Numbered from the stretch's first letter, positions 47,627 through 61,389 are shown. The stretch is 64,000 nucleotides of DNA from an uncultured candidate division Zixibacteria bacterium (GCA_963806185.1 CAWDXE010000007.1:960001-1024000); one strand, 5' to 3'. The notes: a model not told the origin generated them from the letters alone. Made by a program: numbers and translations.

Positions 47627-47641
47627 TTCTGGGGGAAAATT

Positions 47642-48295
47642 ATGGAAGCGCAGACAAACCGTCAGGCCCTCTCAGACCTGGCTCGTCAGATTCAAAACCG
47701 GTGGCCACAGGCTCTGTTTTCGGCGCAGGAGCCCGGTTTGGTGTTTGCCACCGGTCACCGGGAGTTTGATAAGTTGTTTCCGCACGGGGGGATTCCCTAC
47801 GGTCAGCTGATCGAGATCACCGGCGGGATCGTCTGCGGCAAGACCAGTCTCCTCTTCATGTTGCTGGCGAAGATTACATCGCGCGGGATTGCCGCCTATC
47901 TCGATTACAGCAACTCCTTCTACCCCGTTGCGGCGGATGCGGCGGGGGTCGATCTGTCACGCCTGCTGGTAGTTGCGCCCGAGACGCAGGCAGGCGGGAT
48001 TCGGATCGCGGAAGTTTTATTGAGCCAGAAAATCACGCGCGGGGTGGTGTTCGATCTGGTCGGCGTCAAGACCCGTCTGCCGGAAACCCTGGTGCACCGT
48101 CTGCGGATGAAAACCACGCGGGCCAAGGCGCTGGTGATTTTCCTCACCGAAAGCAAGGCCGACCTGCTCGCCCCCAGTGTCACATCTTTGCGTCTCGAAG
48201 TGATGCGCACGACCCCGAACCGCCTGCAGGTGACGGTGGCGCGCAGTCGCATCTCACCGGAAGGAATAACTACGGAGGTGGATATAGATGTCTGA
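47642..48295 (+). CDS. imuA: ImuA-like RecA-fold protein
   Basis: TGHREFDKLFPHGGIPYGQLIEITG...GKTSL and AGVDLSRLLVV motifs; overlaps imuB. Confidence 0.8.
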   Translation: MEAQTNRQALSDLARQIQNRWPQALFSAQEPGLVFATGHREFDKLFPHGGIPYGQLIEITGGIVCGKTSLLFMLLAKITSRGIAAYLDYSNSFYPVAADAAGVDLSRLLVVAPETQAGGIRIAEVLLSQKITRGVVFDLVGVKTRLPETLVHRLRMKTTRAKALVIFLTESKADLLAPSVTSLRLEVMRTTPNRLQVTVARSRISPEGITTEVDIDV

Positions 48296-49797
48296 ACCGC
48301 GCATGGCCTGTGTGAGCATACCTGATTTTTCGGCCGAGGTATTGATACGATACGAACCGGCGCTGAAAGGGAAACTGCTGGCGCTGACGGAGGTTGGCCG
48401 GCCCGACGCGCTGATTGTGGCCGTCAATCAGGCGGCAATTGAAGCCGGCGTGACGACGGAACTGACCGCCGCGCAGGCGGGTGTTCTCTGCCCCGGCCTG
48501 CTGATCCGTCGGCGCGATCTGGCGCAGGAGTCGAAAGCTGAGGAGATGATTGTCGAACGACTGCGCACCTTGTCGCCGTCGGTAGAGACAACCTCGCAGG
48601 CGGGGACATTCCTGCTTGACGCCTCCGGCCTGGAGCGGCTGCATCAGTCGGAGGAACATCTGGCGCGCAAGATACAGGCGGTGTTGCGCCCGACCGGGTA
48701 TCCGGTGCGGGTGGGCATTGCGGCCAACATGTTTGTGGCGCAGGTGGCGGCGGAGGTCACGCGCGACGGCCGATCGACCCTTATTCCGACCGGAGGCGAA
48801 GAGGAATTTTTGCAACACCTGACAATCGATCATCTCAGGTTGTCACCGGAGATTGCGGAGCACCTGCACGATCTCGGCCTCTCCTCTATCGGTCAGGTAG
48901 CGGCGATCCAGGGAAACGAACTGGCGCGACGGTTCGGTGCGGCGGGGGCGACGATGGCTCATCATGCGCGGGGTGAAGAGTTGTCGCTTTTTGCGCCGGC
49001 TAAATTGCCGGAGGAGTTGTCGATCGCGCTGGTGTTAACCTATCCGGTGTTTACCGCCTCGGCGATTATCGCCCATACCGAGCAACTGCTGACAGAACTG
49101 TTTGACAAGTTGAGTCAACTGGCGCAGGGATGCAGTGAGATTGTGATCACCCTGTCGCTTGAGGATAAAACAGCGCCGGCGTTGACGGTAGCGCTGGAAC
49201 GGCCGACGTTGTCGACGCGCAAGTTCATGCGTCAACTGCGGGCGATACTTGAAAAAACAAAATTGCCGTCGGGTGTAAACGGCCTCACTATCACCATTCC
49301 CAACCTGGCGGTTTTGATATCCGAACAGTTGGGGCTGAGGGTGTCGGGGATCGACGCGGCGGCCTCGCGACTGCCGGTCGACGTCGCAGGCATGCCGTGT
49401 CATCAGCAACTGACGGCGGCCCGACTGCAGTGTGCGCTTTTGCCGGAGAAGAGATTTCATCTGTATCCGCTGGGTGAGATTCAGGCGAAGGCGCGCGAAC
49501 TGCCGGCGGGGATGCTTCACCCGTATACGGCGTCGCCGCTGAACGGATTGCGGCTGCTAGCCGAACCGCGACCGGTGGAGGTAACGATTGACGGCGACCG
49601 GCCGTGTGCGATGCGCCTGGGCGAGTCGGGCGATACCGATTACCCGGCATCAGGGGCCGTGGGAGCTTTCGGGCGGCTGGTGGAACACGTTGTACGAGCG
49701 GAGGTATTATGAGATGCAGATAGACAACGCGAATGCATATCTGGTGTATCGTGACGGAACAAACACGCAGTGGTTTGTGCAGGGAGTGTTTGATTGA
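48288..49797 (+). CDS. imuB: ImuB (inactive Y-family polymerase); apparent +1 frameshift near 49623
   Basis: IVAVNQAA..AGV, FLLDASGL and LHDLGL..IG motifs; the C-terminal GPWELSGGWW...RRYY...QGVFD motif lies in the +1 frame. Confidence 0.85.
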
Positions 49798-49845
49798 GGG
49801 GGGGATTAACCAATGATCACAGTTTTTACAGAGTGCTATTGAAAA

Positions 49846-50572
49846 GTCATTGCGAGGCCCTTCTTAGGGCCGTGGCAATCTCAAATTCAACGGAGTCTTA
49901 TGGCTATACATTCTGACAAATGCGAATCACACCGTTCTCTATACCGGTGTGACAAGCAACCTTCCCTCGCGATTATACCAGCATAGATTCGGCGTCATAC
50001 CCGGCTTTACGCAAAAGTACCGTATATTCAAGCTCGTTTACTATGAGGAATGCGCTGATGTGCACGAAGCGATCATTCGAGAAAAGCAGATCAAGAGCGG
50101 TTCGCGGAACAGTAAGATCAAGTTGATAAACGCGGGAAACTCGGAATGGGTTGATTTGGGACTCGAGATACTTGAGGGGAAAGATTTGCCTTCTAAGGAT
50201 ACGAGCAAAGGGAAAGATCGTGATCATCGATAGATTTGAGATTGCCACGGCTCACTAAGAAGTGAGCCTCGCAATGACTCGTATCGGCACCTTGAGTGAA
50301 GACTTGCCTTCGAAGGATACGAACAATGGGAAGGATCGTGATTGTCGGTAGATTAGAGATTGCCACGGCGCGAAGCGCGCCTCGCAATGACTCGTATCGT
50401 CGCCCTGAGCCCTTCGGCTTCGCTCAGGATGAACTACGTCGAAGGGTGACGCTTTACGATTGAGGGCAAGAATAGGGCGTCAGGATCACTCGCTAAGAAG
50501 CGAGGATCCTGACCTACAAAAAGAGAGCTGATAGATTGCCACGGCTCACTAAGAAGTGAGCCTCGCAATGAC
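49846..50572. mobile_element. GIY-YIG nuclease gene flanked by REP-like palindromes, inserted between imuB and dnaE2
   Basis: GTCATTGCGAGG...CCGTGGCAATCTC at 49846-49882; inverted copies at 50238-50278, 50356-50391 and 50533-50572; other hairpins at 50399-50450 and 50479-50517. Confidence 0.75.
49900..50233 (+). CDS. GIY-YIG (YhbQ-like) endonuclease; start uncertain
   Basis: LYILTN...LYTGVTSNL.SR..QH, FTQKYRIFKLVYYE, AIIREKQIK and N.EW.DL motifs. ATG 49900 (GGAG upstream) is 1 nt out of frame. Confidence 0.85.
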
Positions 50573-50623
50573 CTTTGAAAAGTATGGCGTGAAAATGCTG
50601 ATCACTATCCCTTGTCGGTACCC

Positions 50624-53739
<3,116 letters not shown>

Positions 53740-53742
53740 GTC

Positions 53743-54177
53743 TCAATACACAAACGGAATCAGCCGACTGGTATGCCGAGAGTACCCTTCGTATTCGGCA
53801 TACCTCTCGCGCAACAATCGTTCTTCGGCGTTGATTCGCATCAGCACAAAGGTGGTCACCACAATCCCTACCCCGGCACTTATCAACGACAGGTGTCCGA
53901 GGATGCTCACCCACAGCAGCGACAGCACTCCGGCATACATCGGATGGCGAATGATCTTAAACGGTCCGCGACGAATCAGTTCACCCTCACCGGGATAGGC
54001 AGTGACTCTGATATGATGACCGCGAAAGGCCACCCGCGCAGATATGGCCAAGGCAATCGCCGCCAACTGGCCGACAATAACCCATGGATTGCGGCTAATA
54101 AGCGAACCGGTGACGAGAAGGATCGCAAAGCCGAGCAATACGATTAAAAGCGTATACTTCTCAATAAATGTCTTCAT
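53743..54177 (-). CDS. Isoprenylcysteine carboxyl methyltransferase (ICMT/PEMT) family membrane protein
   Basis: LIRRGPFKIIRHPMYAG and EERLL...Y..Y....RLIPFVY motifs. Confidence 0.88.
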   Translation of the reverse strand: MKTFIEKYTLLIVLLGFAILLVTGSLISRNPWVIVGQLAAIALAISARVAFRGHHIRVTAYPGEGELIRRGPFKIIRHPMYAGVLSLLWVSILGHLSLISAGVGIVVTTFVLMRINAEERLLRERYAEYEGYSRHTSRLIPFVY

Positions 54178-54217
54178 GGGTCGAACCCCTGACGAATACT
54201 CCTGCAAAGCCCCCGCC

Positions 54218-54754
54218 CTATTTGACGTGCAGGTAACGCGTACGGAGTATTTCGGCGTGATGACGTTCATGCCCGGCAATGATCCAGGCAAGCGCTCGAA
54301 CGCTGACCGGGTTGTTCGAGGCGGTTCCTCGGCGCAGCCAGGCGTCGGCTCCAAAACTGCCAAGCAAGTCGATGGTGGACACGCGCAAATGGTCGAACTC
54401 GCTGGCCAGATCGGAAATCCTGCGAGAGCCGAAATCGCCGAAACGGACGAAATCATCCTGCTCCATGGAAGGCAGGGGAGTCTTGTCATTGCGGGCAATG
54501 CGCAGGGCGCGGTACCCGAATACGCGTTCGGTGTCAATCATGTGGCCGACCACCTCTTTGACGATCCACTTCCCCGGCGCGTAGGCGAACATACCCTGAT
54601 CATCGGATAACCCCGACAGCAGCCTGACCGTATCGGCTCCCTGACGTACAAGAGTTGCGATAATGTCGCCGTGGGGTACGGCGCCGATGTACGTGTGATA
54701 ATACGGGGCATACTCGTCGTCGGCCGGGGCGATAGCCCGAAAGTCGGGTGTCAT
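54218..54754 (-). CDS. DinB-family protein
   Basis: YAPGKW.VKEVVGHMIDTERVF.YRALR and IAGHERHH motifs. Confidence 0.9.
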   Translation of the reverse strand: MTPDFRAIAPADDEYAPYYHTYIGAVPHGDIIATLVRQGADTVRLLSGLSDDQGMFAYAPGKWIVKEVVGHMIDTERVFGYRALRIARNDKTPLPSMEQDDFVRFGDFGSRRISDLASEFDHLRVSTIDLLGSFGADAWLRRGTASNNPVSVRALAWIIAGHERHHAEILRTRYLHVK

Positions 54755-54972
54755 GGTACAGCTCCTCTATTCGTTGTGTAGATGACATTAAGAAGCTTAC
54801 CGGCGGGAGATTTCGCAAGCAGGATTTGAGTTGTTTTTCAGAATCGCATTAGAGGAGCATCGCGAAGGAAGTGTATGTGACGATGCTCCGCTTCGTCGGT
54901 GTCCGCTGCTCCGATTGGTTATATACGGGCGACAACATCGCGCCAGGAGATATTCGGCAAGTGCAAACCGCA

Positions 54973-55245
54973 CTACAGCATCGGGGCAATCACTTGCATT
55001 GCTTCAGAAGATGTTCGAACCGGGACGACCTCAAATTCCACCAGATCGTCCCAATGACCTATCCAGACATCAAAAAACGTCGGGTTGTCGGTCTTCATGA
55101 GTTGAAAACAACGCGAGAACTCCAGATCGACCCAGCTGGCAACATATTCCAGGCCGTCCGGAATAGACCTACCCTGCTCTTTGGCGCGGCGGTAGATATC
55201 AATCGCTCCCGGGGTCTTGTATCGCTCGATAACCATATACAGCAT
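54973..55245 (-). CDS. DUF3303-like small protein
   Basis: MLYMVIERY...GR.IPDGLEYVASW...RCFQLM...WDDLVEFEVVPV pattern. Confidence 0.75.
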   Translation of the reverse strand: MLYMVIERYKTPGAIDIYRRAKEQGRSIPDGLEYVASWVDLEFSRCFQLMKTDNPTFFDVWIGHWDDLVEFEVVPVRTSSEAMQVIAPML

Positions 55246-55276
55246 GATGAAGATGCCTTTCTTTTGGAATGCCTGA

Positions 55277-55834
55277 TCAGCGCGAAGCAGCGTCGACTAT
55301 CTTGAGAATCGTGTTCCAGTTGCGAGTCGTGATGTTGCGGCCGAACCGTTTTTCCAGGTCGGCCATGACGTCGGTCGTCTGCATGACAGGCGAAAGCGTG
55401 AGCGTGAAGCAGACTTCCCTGTCAGTAACGCGCACGATTTGGTACCCACCTTGCGAAACCTTGGCGGAAAGCATGGCGGGGGTTGGCTTCTCAGACAGAA
55501 ATGTGACGTATAGTCGAGTCTGCGGTGTGATTTTGATTCTCTTGAAGGGATTGGCCCCGACAAGTCTCTGCAAATCCTCGATTGTACGTGCAATGACTGA
55601 TACGTCGCGTCCCAATTCTTCTCTAAGTGTCCGCTCAATGCGTGGGGTGAGTGCGGCGACAGTTGTGGATTCGGCACTGAAAAGAACATTCCCGCTGGAG
55701 AGAACAGTCCTGACGTTCTGAGAGCTGAGCGACTCAAAAGCGGCCTTGAGGTCGGCCATCTTGACCGAATTGTGGCCGCCGACATTGATGCCGCGGAGAA
55801 AGGCGACGTAGACCCGGTGTGATTGCGTCGACAT
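55277..55834 (-). CDS. DUF1697 family protein
   Basis: YVAFLRGINVGG...MADL, SGNVLF and TTRNWNT motifs. Confidence 0.9.
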   Translation of the reverse strand: MSTQSHRVYVAFLRGINVGGHNSVKMADLKAAFESLSSQNVRTVLSSGNVLFSAESTTVAALTPRIERTLREELGRDVSVIARTIEDLQRLVGANPFKRIKITPQTRLYVTFLSEKPTPAMLSAKVSQGGYQIVRVTDREVCFTLTLSPVMQTTDVMADLEKRFGRNITTRNWNTILKIVDAASR

Positions 55835-55839
55835 CCGAC

Positions 55840-56298
55840 CTAACCGGCCTTCTTTAGAATGACAATCTGCCCGGCGTGGTACAGATCGTGCTGAACGACG
55901 CCGTGGATCTGGACGTAATATGTCGAGGCGCCCCGCCGCGGCTTCATGGCCAGATCGGCGTCGGAGAGAGCACCCACCACTTTCACCAGCGCCTCGTGAC
56001 GATCTGTGAGCACGGCGACTGTCCGTTTCCATTCGGCAGAAGTCGGGTTGACAATGGTCGGGAAGTTCTCAATCTCGGCAAAATTGGCCAGCTCACCGGT
56101 AATCCGCCGGCGCACGACCTCTTTCCAAGCGCCGATATGGTGTGCAATTTCCCAAATAGAGTGGGCACGAGAGATCGGTCGTGAGGCCGCACGAGCGGCA
56201 GTCACCCCTTTCAGCACCTCCATAACGGCCGGGCCATGCCAGGCGTCCCCGTAAAACCCCCTATTGAGTTGGTCGACTATTCGTTTGGTTTCACGCAT
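55840..56298 (-). CDS. DinB-family protein
   Basis: GDAWHGP, HSIWEIAHH and HDLYHAGQI motifs. Confidence 0.88.
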   Translation of the reverse strand: MRETKRIVDQLNRGFYGDAWHGPAVMEVLKGVTAARAASRPISRAHSIWEIAHHIGAWKEVVRRRITGELANFAEIENFPTIVNPTSAEWKRTVAVLTDRHEALVKVVGALSDADLAMKPRRGASTYYVQIHGVVQHDLYHAGQIVILKKAG

Positions 56299-56395
56299 AA
56301 CATTCTCCTGCGCGCCAATATACATGGGCTGGCCGGAATCACGATATCACTTTCTCGTAGACTGCAAGTATCAACTCATCGGATAGACGTCCGCT

Positions 56396-56878
56396 CTACC
56401 GGCCGTCGTATGCCTTTTGCAGGGCGGAAATGTCGAGCTTGATCATTTGCTCCAGTGCGGTCATAACACGACTGGCTCGCTCGGGTGCATCACCGGACAA
56501 CAGTTTACCAATGATGGTTGGGGTCACCTGCCAGGAGAGGCCGAATCTGTCGGTCAGCCAGCCACACTGAACGGGTTGGCCGCCATCGCACAGTTTGTCC
56601 CAATAATAATCGATTTCGGCCTGGGTATCACAATTCACCACAAACGATATGGCCGGCGACAGTTTGTAAATAGGGCCGCCGTTCAGGGCCATAAACTCCT
56701 GGCCATCGAGAGTAAATGCCACGACCATCACCGACCCGGTCGGGCGTTGTCCTCCCTCGACGTCCCTGACAACCTTGGTGATCCTGGAATTCTTGAAGAC
56801 GGAGACGTAGAAGTTGGCGGCCTCTTCGGCATTGTCGTTAAACCAGAGGAAGGGCGAGATTCTTTGCAAGTTTGCCAT
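56396..56878 (-). CDS. VOC/PhnB-like protein (3-demethylubiquinone-9 3-methyltransferase family)
   Basis: ISPFLWF..NAEEAANFY, ALNGGP and CGWLTDRFGLSWQV motifs. Confidence 0.92.
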   Translation of the reverse strand: MANLQRISPFLWFNDNAEEAANFYVSVFKNSRITKVVRDVEGGQRPTGSVMVVAFTLDGQEFMALNGGPIYKLSPAISFVVNCDTQAEIDYYWDKLCDGGQPVQCGWLTDRFGLSWQVTPTIIGKLLSGDAPERASRVMTALEQMIKLDISALQKAYDGR

Positions 56879-57060
56879 CCTTTCGTAAAATTTTGGTCGT
56901 ACTCCCGGGTACCGTTGGGGGGAATATAAGTGGATCGACCCGGTCTACGGAATCACTTTTTGCGAATGCAGGATAGGCCGATATTTCGCTGGCCTATGCA
57001 GAGTAAACGTATTTCACTTCGAAAGAAACAACAGGCACGACAACAGGAGATCAGGTGCAC

Positions 57061-57498
57061 ATGATGCAGAATACAAGTCCAAGCGATGAAACGGCCACAA
57101 TCGAGAGAGTAATCAAGAGTTCGATCACCTGGGCCATGACCAAAGACAAGAACCTGCTGTACCGCTGTTTCGTGAATGATTCGACGCTATTCTACTTCAG
57201 CCCTGACAGAGCCGGTACCATTAAGGGATTCCAGCAGTTCACGAAGCTGGTCGACGAGCTTTTCATGAACCCGGCTTTCAAGGCAGTGCGATCGGAATTC
57301 AAGGAGCTGACCGTCAATCAGTCGAAATCGGGAGACGTTGCCTGGTGGTCATGCATACTCGACGACTTCAATGAATGGCAAGGCAAACCTTCGAACTGGG
57401 AAAATGTTCGCTGGACCGGCGTCCTGGAGAGACTTGACGGCCAGTGGAGGATCATGCAGATGCACTTTTCGTATGCGGTCGAGGACATGCGAAAGTGA
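57061..57498 (+). CDS. SnoaL/NTF2-like protein
   Basis: GDVAW and RWTGVLER.DGQWRIMQMHFS motifs. Confidence 0.8.
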   Translation: MMQNTSPSDETATIERVIKSSITWAMTKDKNLLYRCFVNDSTLFYFSPDRAGTIKGFQQFTKLVDELFMNPAFKAVRSEFKELTVNQSKSGDVAWWSCILDDFNEWQGKPSNWENVRWTGVLERLDGQWRIMQMHFSYAVEDMRK

Positions 57499-57588
57499 AG
57501 CGGTGCGAATATCATTGCGACCGATCGTGTACGAAGTGACATTTGTTGGGGCAGGAGTGCATGGCTCCTGCCCTGCCGACGATGCGCG

Positions 57589-59625
57589 CTACAATGCGCC
57601 CAGTCCAATGATCTTTCCGTCAACCCAGTAGATGTCCGATTCGCCACTCGGTGAGCTATTGAGAAACAGATACTTGCCATCGCTCGAAACCATCGGACAA
57701 AGTCCGTTGATGCGTTTCCCGGCGACCTGTAGTTCAACCGGATCTCTCCACGTGCCATCCGGTCTTCGATAGGAAATCTTCAAATACAATCCGCCCGGGC
57801 TGTCGGGATCGGTTGTGGTGACAATCAGATAAGATTCGTCCGGAGCAATGAAGGGGCACATTTCCATATTCGGGGAATTGATGGCCGCGTCCAGATGTTC
57901 CGCCGGCTGCCATTGACCGCCGACGTACCTGGACACCCAAATATCGCCATTGCCGAGTCCACGCGGGTCCCCGGATGAGAAGTAGATGTTCCCGTTCGCG
58001 GCGACCGTGAACTGCCAGTGCAAGCGGTGACCGTCCAACCCCGTTTGCACACATCGTGGTTTTGACCATCCCGATGGCGTCCTGTCGACGTACCATATCC
58101 GGGCGGTCCTCCCCTCTCCAGCCGAGTCGTCGAGACGTCTGGAGAGGAAGAACAGCCGATTACCTCCCGGCTGAAAGTGAGGAACATCATCATTGATTCC
58201 CACGCTGGAGAATTCGGCCAGCCTCGGCACGGTCCAGTATCCGTTTTCCACGCGCGAAGTGAGAATCCCGCCGACGCTGTACCCGGAATCAGCGAACGCA
58301 TATTCAGAGGACCAGTACGCCTCGAGTCCGTCGGGAGAGAATGTGATGCTTCCGTGCTTGAACCGACATGATGCTACAATGTCGAGGGCGAACGGCTGCA
58401 GTTCGTTGCCCTGTGCCTCTTGCCCGAAATATGGTCCCTGAGGGCGCGGGAAGTTTGGCTTCTCGATTGTGGCGCCAATTTGTCGCAAGAGCGCGGATGT
58501 CTGGTCTTTCTCGAATTCCACGGCGAGGCTCAAAGGTGTGTATCCAGCCAGGCTCTGGGCATCGGCATTTGCACCGCGTGCAACCAAAAGACTGCACGCT
58601 TGCGAGCGGCCGCGCTCAGCAGCGTAATGTAGGGGGATGCGACCGTAACGGTCACGGTCATCCACTTTGAGACCTCGGGCAATCAACAGGTCACACATCT
58701 CAGCGGACCCGCCCTTGGCGGCCTCGTGGAGCAACGTGCCGCCAGATCCGCTTCGCTCGGAGATGACATGAACTGAATCGACCAGCGCCCTGAACAAGTT
58801 GTCCATTCCGTGCTGGGCGGCCTCGGCGATCATCCCTTTGCGGGCGTCTGGTGTCGGCGGCAACGACGCGCCACGCGTTACAAGCAGGTCGGCGAGTGAC
58901 CGAAAGCCCCGCCATGCCGCCAAGGATAGTGGCGTGTCACCGAATCTATCTTGTGCATTGATGTTGGCACCACGGTCGAGCAGAAAGGCGGCCATCTCCG
59001 GGTTACCGCGCTCGCGGGCGACCAGAAGCAGAGGTGTACGGCCGTAACTGTCAGCAGCCTCTGTTTTAGCGCCATGTAGAATCAAGAGGTGCGCAAACTC
59101 AAGACTTCCGCTCAGGGCAGCGATTTGGAGGGGAGTCGACTGTTCCCTGTTGGCAAGGTTGACGTCGGCCCCCCTTTCAATCAGCCACCGGGCCGCCTCA
59201 GGCTTGCTGTACAGCATGGCAAATAATAGGGCGGTCTGACCATTTCTGTCCTGAGCATTGATATCAGCCCCGGCGTTGATCAATAGTCCAAGGGCTCCGA
59301 CCTGCCCGGCAACCGCTGCATTGTGCGTCGGCTGGCTGCTGTCCCTGTCGCCAATGGTAACGTCGGCACCCCGTCGCAGCAACTCCCGGACAAGACTCGA
59401 GTGTCCTTTGTATGCGGCGATGTTGAGCGAGGTCATCCCGAGTGAATCGCGAGCGTTCAGACTGTCGGAGTGACTATCCAGCAGAGATGCGACGGTCGCG
59501 GAATCGCCCGTCTCGACCGCTTCGTGGATACCTCCTGCCGTTTCAGACACAGCCACCAACAGCACAAGAATGGCAACAACTGTGATGCTCAGTACTGCGA
59601 TGAGTCCTCTGAAGTGATTTCTCAT
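57589..59625 (-). CDS. Exported ankyrin-repeat protein with C-terminal PD40/TolB-like beta-propeller
   Basis: Signal peptide; about 9-10 ankyrin repeats (G.TPL..AA..G); FSPDG, P.IAPDESYL and P.VSSDGKYLF repeats. Confidence 0.9.
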   Translation of the reverse strand: MRNHFRGLIAVLSITVVAILVLLVAVSETAGGIHEAVETGDSATVASLLDSHSDSLNARDSLGMTSLNIAAYKGHSSLVRELLRRGADVTIGDRDSSQPTHNAAVAGQVGALGLLINAGADINAQDRNGQTALLFAMLYSKPEAARWLIERGADVNLANREQSTPLQIAALSGSLEFAHLLILHGAKTEAADSYGRTPLLLVARERGNPEMAAFLLDRGANINAQDRFGDTPLSLAAWRGFRSLADLLVTRGASLPPTPDARKGMIAEAAQHGMDNLFRALVDSVHVISERSGSGGTLLHEAAKGGSAEMCDLLIARGLKVDDRDRYGRIPLHYAAERGRSQACSLLVARGANADAQSLAGYTPLSLAVEFEKDQTSALLRQIGATIEKPNFPRPQGPYFGQEAQGNELQPFALDIVASCRFKHGSITFSPDGLEAYWSSEYAFADSGYSVGGILTSRVENGYWTVPRLAEFSSVGINDDVPHFQPGGNRLFFLSRRLDDSAGEGRTARIWYVDRTPSGWSKPRCVQTGLDGHRLHWQFTVAANGNIYFSSGDPRGLGNGDIWVSRYVGGQWQPAEHLDAAINSPNMEMCPFIAPDESYLIVTTTDPDSPGGLYLKISYRRPDGTWRDPVELQVAGKRINGLCPMVSSDGKYLFLNSSPSGESDIYWVDGKIIGLGAL

Positions 59626-59966
59626 ATGGGCCTCCATTGCGTCCGGGCGACCGTCGGCACAAAGAGTCGATGCCGGCACAGACGGGTCGGGTTCGTCAGT
59701 GAGTTCTCACACGGTGTTTGAACCATTTCGTGTATGTCGGAGTCTACGGTTGACGGGGTCCAAGGTTGCGTTGGAGTGGCCCTGGAATCAGGAGGACATT
59801 GGTGCATGATGATGAAGGGGCAGCGGGAGTGTGTCTTCCCCAAGGTGCTTGTCGGATACGAGAGCTTGGCTGCGCACCTCGCCAAATGTTTATTGGATAG
59901 CATCGACCCACGCTATATATTATCGCTTATTGGATCAACACAATCTATCTCTTACAGGAGGATCAA

Positions 59967-61388
59967 ATGCCGTCTCGCCTTTCGTCTGCCCGGCTGTCCG
60001 GACTGCTCTCCCTCATCGTTCTGGGGCTCGGAGCCTACGTCCAGGCGGCCACCCCTTCGTTAGTTTCCTATCAGGGTCGCTTGACCGATCTCTCCGGGAC
60101 GCCGGTCGCTGACGGCAACTACTCGGTAGCCTTCACGGTTTACGACGCGTCCACCGGCGGTACCGCCCTCTGGACTGAGACGCAAAACGTGGCGACCGTC
60201 GGCGGACTATTCTCTGTCCAACTGGGGGCGGTGACTGCGCTCGATGCCACGGTCTTTACTGATCCTAATCGGTGGCTAGGGGTTAAGGTTGGCGCCGATC
60301 CGGAGCTTGTCCCCCGCACGCGCTTTACTTCTTCCCCGTACGCCGATCGTATCGCCACGGTCGACGGTTCCACGGGTGGACAGATCGCCGGGCCGGTCGA
60401 AGTTACAGGTGCGGGGTTCGGCAAGGCGCAGATCACCGATGTTGGCGGCGAGGGCGAAGCAATCTACCTGTGGCAGGAAGACGGCTTCCCGTTCATGGGG
60501 TTGGAGCCGGACGCCAACGGAATCGGTGGATTCTTCCGCCTTTGGGGTGGAAATCCCTCGAGCGGGATGTATGTCGACGGTAATGCTACGGGCGGCGGAG
60601 ATTTGACGGCCAGCATATATGGGACGCAGTCCGGGACCATCTTCAACACCGGTCAGTCGGGTGACGCGTCGGTACAACTGCCCAACAGCGCGGTGGCGGC
60701 CAAGGAGATCCTCGATGAGCCGGGGCTGTCGGCCAATTACGCCTTCGGCAATATCGTACTCGGTCGAAGCCTTATGACCGATCTGGCCACGACCACGATC
60801 TCGATACCGGCCCCTGGGTATGTGCTGGCGATCGGAACGGTCGGCGAGTTCGATTTCAAAGGTACGACCGGAAATAACTGGGCATTTATCCAGATTGATA
60901 CCAATTCGTTCGGGTCGATGATTCCGGACCTGACCACCATCGGCGCATACACATTCCCTGATACGAATTACTATTTCTATGCCTTCAGCGGGCAGCGTGT
61001 CATGTACTTTAGCGCCCCCGGCACCTACACCTTCCGAGTGCAGGCGTTGCAGACCAGCCTTGCGATACCAAGCGCGACCATACGTGCGTACCAAGCAAAG
61101 ATCAGTGCCGTCTATATCCCGACGTCGTACGGCCCAGTCACCGTGCCGGTGCCGGGTAACGACGTTTCGCAGTTCGAGCAAGTCTCGAAGATGACAGGCA
61201 GCGATCGCGCGAGCGCGGTCGGACTGCCTATCTCCGACAATGTATACACGGCGGATCTTCGCGATCTGGAGCTGAAGGTGGCGCGGACGGAGGCCGAGGC
61301 GCAGAAGGCACGGGCGACACTTTTGGAGGCGCAGTTAAAGAAGCAGCCGGCTGTGCGAAATGTCGCAGGGGAGGCGGACAAGAAGTAG
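59967..61388 (+). CDS. Secreted surface/fibre-like protein with C-terminal coiled coil
   Basis: Signal peptide, SYQGRLTD..G.PV.DG.Y...F.VYDA..GG..LWTE.Q and GLFSVQLG N-terminal domain; DLRDLELKVARTEAEA coil. Confidence 0.75.
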   Translation: MPSRLSSARLSGLLSLIVLGLGAYVQAATPSLVSYQGRLTDLSGTPVADGNYSVAFTVYDASTGGTALWTETQNVATVGGLFSVQLGAVTALDATVFTDPNRWLGVKVGADPELVPRTRFTSSPYADRIATVDGSTGGQIAGPVEVTGAGFGKAQITDVGGEGEAIYLWQEDGFPFMGLEPDANGIGGFFRLWGGNPSSGMYVDGNATGGGDLTASIYGTQSGTIFNTGQSGDASVQLPNSAVAAKEILDEPGLSANYAFGNIVLGRSLMTDLATTTISIPAPGYVLAIGTVGEFDFKGTTGNNWAFIQIDTNSFGSMIPDLTTIGAYTFPDTNYYFYAFSGQRVMYFSAPGTYTFRVQALQTSLAIPSATIRAYQAKISAVYIPTSYGPVTVPVPGNDVSQFEQVSKMTGSDRASAVGLPISDNVYTADLRDLELKVARTEAEAQKARATLLEAQLKKQPAVRNVAGEADKK

Positions 61389-61389
61389 A

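Noticed and set aside
49588..49797. Separate small gene after imuB
   Set aside because: Its GPW...WW...RRYY motif is the normal ImuB C-terminus, shifted by one base.
47446..50572. CRISPR array
   Set aside because: Repeats are few, palindromic, of mixed families and orientations, without regular unique spacers or cas genes; they fit REP-like elements.
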